A program made the translations under genes and the position numbers. A stretch of DNA of 64,000 nt from Anthoceros angustus (taxonomy: Eukaryota > Plantae > Anthocerotophyta), in assembly GCA_010909165.1 (NCBI GenBank), contig MU008209.1, positions 248,001 through 312,000 on the forward strand, read 5' to 3'. The notes beneath the pieces were generated by a model, which ran no database searches, was not told where the DNA came from, and saw only the letters and a program-made list of their open reading frames with translations. Of this stretch, positions 57,751-64,000 are shown piece by piece. Numbering within the stretch: the stretch's first letter is position 1; each line of letters starts with the position of its first letter.

Positions 57751-58809
57751 CGCGCAATATCTTTCATTTCATGTCTTGTCCTATGGATGATGTACCAAGT
57801 ACCTTCCGTGTCATCAGTCCGTGTATGTACATCTATGTGCACTGTACACTGTACAGCCAGCATCGAAGTGGCCTAACCTAAAACTGAGAACGCTTGGGGG
57901 TTTGGGAAGAGAGAGGCTCGGAGACCGAGCCTCGCCAGGCCTCGCCTCGCCTCGCATTTTGGTGAGCCGAAATGGAATAAGTTAATTGGGGAAAGGAAAA
58001 TGCGAGTGCAGCACGGGGAGAGGAAGATTCTGGATCTGCCATGTTCCTCTTGGACGAGCCGGGGCGGGACGGGGCTCCATAGCCAGCGGCATCGTCCCTC
58101 TCGCCCCCTCCGCCCCGGCGGGATTTGCCCTTACTGTCCTGGAGATGCTCTGCGCACAGGCCACGGCAGCCCGTGCGCGTGGGCCTCTTCAATGCTGCTG
58201 AGTGATTGCTCGCAGGCGTGCGGGTTAGGGCGGCACGGCGCGTAGCTGCTCGGGCCTGCACAGCACGCACACCTGGGATTGTGGAGGACGGTACATGCGA
58301 GAGCGCACTCGCTGTTGAGCTGCGGAATCCAGCACCGGATTGCGGTCCTTGTTTGATGCTGGATTGTCTCGGGGCAATCGTGGTGATCGTCTCCAGGAGC
58401 TTCAGTCGCACAGGCTGAAGCTAGGGCTGTGGCATGTGGTTTAGGAAGCACACGCTTGCGCGCTCTCTCATCTGCGGATCGCCTCTGCGGCAAGGTGAGG
58501 TTTGGGCGTGCTGCCATCGACTGCGGCCGAGCTGGAATCCAGCTCCAAGTTTTTTGACACGTTTCGGGGAATTGCGCAGGGGTTTGGCGACGCGCGCTGT
58601 AAAGAAGTTGCAGCCGGAGACTTCGGCAAAAAGGGAGCTCATGTCACAGCTTGTCTGGCACAGATGTAAGTGTTTAGATCTTTGAGATTTCGGAGTTTGT
58701 TAGGAGGAGAAGACAAATCTTTGTGTTGCGACGAGCTGGGACTGCAATTTGACGGCGGGCCACGCTCGTCTGCAGGTTGCTTTCAGCTCCTGAAGCGGGA
58801 AAAGGGAAA

Positions 58810-61705
58810 ATGGCTGCCATGGAGAGACTTCTCGCCTCTACCACCGGTGTAGAGCCGACAGAAGGTTTGTGAACAAGAGCTTGTGATTGTGTTTGTTCCC
58901 CGTTAGATACGAGAGTTAGTTCTGAAGCCACACGCACTTGCTCGGCTTCCCCCGCTGGACCAGTGATGAACTGGTGGTGGTCTGGAGTAGACTGTGAATG
59001 TTAGTATTGTTTATACCAGGCATTCGCAGTCGCTCCGGTCCGTGATCTCAGCTTCACCCTTTTGATCCAGCAGAGGAAGTTGCTCTTGAGCAAACAGCTT
59101 TGCAGACTGTTCATAAGGAAATGACAGAGGCCGATGAAGCCAATTTGCTGGATGAGGAGGGTACTACAACTACTCTTCTTGTCAACGATTGGATATCGGT
59201 ATTCTGAGCTAGTCATTGTTAGTGGTTCCGTTTCTGAAACCGATCTCGGGCCTGCCTTCTTTGCAGATATGCATGTTTTCGATCGAGAACCGTTGTCAGA
59301 TCATCTTCCCTTGGTAACTACTGGGAATCCTCTTTTTCACTGGTTTGTAACCTGAAATAGTTCAGTTTGCGTCCGCCTTTCGGTCAGCGTGGGCCTAGAT
59401 TTTCTAGACGGCTTTTGCCTTGATTTCCGTCCATCTCTCTCCCTTTGACTCGTTATGTATGCCATCTCTTTTGCCAGGTGTCCTGCAATTCTTGCAAGAA
59501 GCCTGTGAAGGCCAGTCAATATGCGTCGCATGCAGGTACCCGTCGCGTGCTTTTGTTGATTGGTGGCTGATACTGGCTACCACAACGAAGCTCTTCTGAA
59601 GCTCGTTGCCTGGCAGAGAGGTGCAGGTCTTTGAATGCCTCTGAAGAGACCGCTTTGGATTTTGATGGAGGGCCTGTGAGTAAGAAGGCGCCTCGGAAGC
59701 AGCGAAAGAAGATTTCTGCCGTACAGGACAGTATCCTTGAACGTCCCATCCACATGTACAAGAGTCGTAGGAGAAGATCTTGACGATCTGCTCAAAACTT
59801 GCACATTCTAAATCAAATAATCAAAAATTCCTCCTTTGTGGAGTTTCCCCATTTTCGTATGTCCATTTCTGAGCACTGCACAGACAACTCCAAGTTCTCC
59901 GATGGAGACAAATTGCACACAACTGAAGGCGAAGACGGAGGGTTTTCCGAATCGGCTTGTGCTTCCGGAGGTGCAGGAGATGATCAGGCTCCTGCTGTAA
60001 CAAGTTCCAGTAATCCGCGGGGATCCAAGAGTAAGTGTTGAGCATGTTGGGGGTGGGGTGCCTGGGTCTACCCCAGGCTTAAATTAGTCTTCTCGTCTGT
60101 ACGCAGGAGTGATGAACATCTCAGAAGGAACAGTTGTGAATGCTCCAAAAGTTGGCAGGCCACGGAAGAACCCAATTCAAACAGCAAAAGGTTGTTCAGC
60201 TAAACCATGAGAACATCATACCCGCTCTGGTGTGTGGTGGTGTTGTTTAAGCTCCAAGGACAGGTCGCTGTGTGGTTTGCGTTGGCTTTTTAAACTACAG
60301 CTCGGACCAATACTATTGCCTCCAATGCAATTTGTTTGTCAGCTGCAAATGGACTTGGCACAGAAGAAACCCTTGGAAACTCGAGCAGCCCCGCAACTAC
60401 AGAACTACTCAAGTCGTAGGTTTCTCACTCCCAAGCTTGTGCTTGACTGGCAACCAAGTGCCTGTCTACTGTGTGGCCTGCTCTATCCCTATGAGTATGA
60501 GATAAGTTGAGTGTCGTGCACTAACTAGGATGCCTTTCATGCCTACAGAAACATGATCCATTCGTCCCTTAGTCCTGAAGAACTGGATATCATGTGTGGG
60601 GTGATGTCCATTAACGGGTCCTGTTGTAGACAACCATTAACTTGTGAGTATTAGAACACATTGTGGTTTTGGAGTCCGATTTTGTTTCTGTACTTGTATG
60701 TTCCAAAAACTCCATGAGTTTCTTAGAAACTGTTGGTGGTGGACAGGTAAGACACATCCTGACACAAGCAAACGAGCTGTTTTTGGTCGAAGGAAACCAT
60801 TCGATGTGCTTGTGCAAGAGTCAAAGGAAGGCAGTGTATCTCGGCTTCGTTCAGAATTGAAAAGGAAGCAACTCCATGAGACAGGTTGGTAGCATTGGTG
60901 AGTGGCCTGGCATTTCCCTATGGAAGTTGGTGTTGTGAGATAAAAGTAAGCAGCCTTGTAGGGCATGACATATGGGGTGGGGGAGGACTGCTGACTTGGT
61001 TGTTCACCTGTGGCAGAGCCCAATGTCAGCTTCAGAAGGAGTGTGTCAGAATCAGTTTGTCCACAGCCTCTAGCGTCCAAGGTCTACAGCCTGGGACATA
61101 ATGATAGGATGAAATATGTGCTGGGCCACTTGTTCCATCGAAATTGTGCCAGTGTGACTCCTATTACTACAGACACTGTCCCAGCAGTCATGGGGGCGCA
61201 AGCTGCACCTCTGCCAACTTCTACCCTTGACAATGCCTCCGTGGCCAACATTACTACATCATCAGTGGTCTACAACATGGTGGGTACTCAAGAGTCCTGG
61301 ACACCTTGTGGCTGAATGTTTGCATAAGACTCAGTAGGAGCTTGGACACCCCCCGACCTTTAGAGGTGGTGCTGATGACAGTGCCGTGGCCAGTCCGGGA
61401 ACGTGCAGGATGTGAGACGCATGGCACTCCATCAAGGGACAATGAACAAGGCATCGCAAGCATGGCCACAATTGGACCAGCAACAAGTTCATGGTGACTT
61501 GCTAAGCTCCATCACCGGGGTGGTTCACAGCCCTCACCAGGATAGCAGGTACCTACAGCCGTCCAGGTCTTTAGAGAACGGGCTATCGAACATAGGGAAG
61601 GGGTGGCAGGGTCGTGGGAGCCAAATGCAGACAGTGATGCCTGGTAACTACTGGCCTGCCGATGGGTACACCATGACCGCTGCATCTGCCCAACCTCACA
61701 TCTAA
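58810..61705 (+). CDS. SCA7-domain / Sgf73 (ataxin-7)-like protein, multi-exon; both ends approximate
   Basis: MAAMERLLAS; Zn finger VSCNSCKKPVKASQYASHA|ERC (59478 onward); SCA7 motif CGVMSINGSCCRQPLT|CKTHPDTSKRAVFGRRKPFDVL (~60595-60815). Confidence 0.78.
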
Positions 61706-62463
61706 CACGTGTGAGCTTCTGACTTGCAGGAGGCACCGGCCAGCAGCCCTCTCACGGGGGAGTTTCGGTCGTATAGTTTCTGCCTCTCAGTTTTCCGATT
61801 GAGGGCAATCCATGCTTCCATGCAGTTAGACCCCTTGGATGTGCCGAAGTCCGGTTCTCATCTTGTGATCTTAACTAAGAGAAACACCGTAGAGGTACTC
61901 ACATCCTTAGTGACCACCCTTTGCGTGTCCCATTCCAGTTTTTGCAGCTCAGTATCTCTGAATCGGATTGGACACTCACACGATCTCATCTTATTATAGT
62001 GCACATGCTTTGCGTACGTCAGTGCTCCACCAGGCGCATGGAATTCCATGTATGAGGGACTTGCCGAGAAGATGCCTGGGCGTGGAAGAGAATGTAGGCC
62101 CCGGCATTCGTGGTACGGTGCTTGTGATTCGTGGGTTGTTTGTCTTGGACTGCTCACGTTGCAGGCCTGATCATGCAGCTCGTTTAGCAACAGCTCACGC
62201 CGCTGGCGCATGCGGCATGCCACTGCCTGCAGGCTCCACGACATCTCCCATGATCTCCCCATCTCGATTCTCAGATACTTCCGTGTGCGCAGATATTTTC
62301 AATTCTTTATGTTAACGTGTAACAGCCGGCCGTACCCAGACCAACATGCTCCACCCGTAGTAGCTCTTTTTCTGTTACCAAAGGCCGTAGGCCGTATTGA
62401 CGTCACGTCATACACATCACACTGTCGGCAAAGATTTGAGGCTATATTATCCCCAAGATTCCT

Positions 62464-64000
62464 CTAATTTGTCGACCAATCGGAATCGTAACCAAGACGT
62501 TGTGATTTACATTGAGAGCTACTACTACTTGAGGAGGAATTTTGTGTCTTCTCCCTCTGCACCACAGGACTTGGCCCCATAAATATGGCAGACAATTTCA
62601 CCTTTGGCGAGGATAATCTATCTTGTGTGCTTGGCGATGATGGCATGTTTTTTGGTGATGTTACATTGGATCCTCTTGGACTCATAGTTCCATCACTACG
62701 TTTGGAATTTATCCTCAATAAAATGTCTTGCTTTTTCCTGCTATCAAGCTCTTCTAGTTTGGCATTTGCTACAGCCAACATATTAAGCCTTGGTACTCTA
62801 CTTTTAGTGGATGATGATTGTGGAGTTTGTTGTTTTTGTTGATTTGGCAATATTTTCCTTTTCTCATATTTTGGTGATTTCTGCCCTTGATTAATCTGTA
62901 ATCTAACAGACTCAAACATGGACAGAAATTGTCTTAATGTCTTGAATATCTCAATTGTCTTTTCTTGCTTTGGAACTTCCCCGAAGAATAGGGCTATATT
63001 ATTAATTTTTTCAAGGACATTATGCAATAAAACCTCTAGCCCACAAATATTTTCATGAGTTTGCTCAGCAAACAAGGTCATTTTTTGAGTGAAGTTAATT
63101 TCAAAATCTGATTGATTTGTGCATTGTTTAATTTCTTCATTCACGGTGGTAAGACCTCGTTTGAGGTCATGTAACTTTTCTTGTACATCCCCTATATTTA
63201 TGCTGGATGCTTGCTTTACATCTTCAAAATCATGAGCTAATTTTCCAATCTGCATATAATGATCAATTTTAATCTATTGTTTTAATTTATTTTCTTACTC
63301 TATAAATAAATAACACCTAATGTGTCTCACCTCTGTGTCCTTTTTCAATAGCTCGGACACCACAAAGTGGAGAAGAGTAGTGTTGGTATTTTTCCCCTTT
63401 ATATCCATAAGCTTTAGTAAAGCATCTAATTTGAATCCACTTGCACATCCACGAAAGGATCCACCATTTAGATGGTTACCCACAACTAATACCATCTTCA
63501 AGATCTTCACAAACTTTTTGCTACTTTTTAACTCAATACATGATTTCTCCAATATAGTAAGATCGTATTTAATCTGTTTCATGAATATCACCATAATTGA
63601 TTATATTAATTTCAATATTAAAATAGATATCCCTAAACATAATATATCCAAGAAAATTACAGATAGAACCCTACTTGTTCAATGGTTCTATTACATTGTG
63701 TTTTAAACAACAATGCTATACTCTTATTTTTAAACCGTGGTATTTTCATCAACTCCATATAGTATCTAAAGAGCACGATTAAAGCAACAAGTCATAAAGC
63801 TATGTAGATCATGTTGAAAATTTACAGCCATCCTTTTGAAGCATAAAGTGTTAAAAATTAATTCCTTACTTCTCAATTTCCGAGAGCTGAGATACGTCAT
63901 CATTGTAATCTTTCAATAGTTTCACATCCTCTTCACTAGGCATAGTACGACTCATTAGCTGAAGTACCTCATCGGTAAGCACAAGTTCATCCAACTCCAA
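62464..64000 (-). CDS. Formin, C-terminal FH2 exons; gene continues beyond the window
   Basis: LKMVLVVGNHLNGGSFRGCASGFKLDALLKLMDIKG...TLLHFVV and FFGE..IEIFKTLRQFLSMF; upstream exon MPSEEDVKLLKDY. Confidence 0.88.

Overview
Gene-dense nuclear DNA from a non-seed land plant. Introns are short (~90-130 nt). A hornwort such as Anthoceros is the best guess; this is inferred from gene content, not verified. The main feature is an intronless, GC-rich NEOCHROME at 51005-55523 (-), a chimeric photoreceptor joining a phytochrome NTE-PAS-GAF-PHY module to phototropin LOV1-LOV2-kinase. It is split by two apparent 1-nt deletions. Its LOV1 has Pro in place of the photoactive Cys (NPRFLQ), while LOV2 (NCRFLQ), the bilin-binding Cys and the kinase are intact. 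Other genes, in order: alpha/beta-hydrolase lipase, tRNA-Arg(UCG), an organelle-targeted Gln/Pro/Tyr/Gly-rich protein with one OSB-type PDF motif, a G6PD4-like probable pseudoenzyme, PEX22, an 'L18a-like' membrane protein, organellar LeuRS, a PLS-class PPR protein with truncated WW-type DYW, bifunctional FAD synthase, an intronless F-box gene, an SCA7/Sgf73-like protein and the 3' part of a formin. Between 6.5 and 41 kb there are about nine 0.9-2.2 kb head-to-tail 'jump-back' duplications, most joined at short microhomologies. The copies differ mainly by small indels, so they are probably long-read assembly artefacts. All frameshifts and copy numbers here need read-level confirmation.
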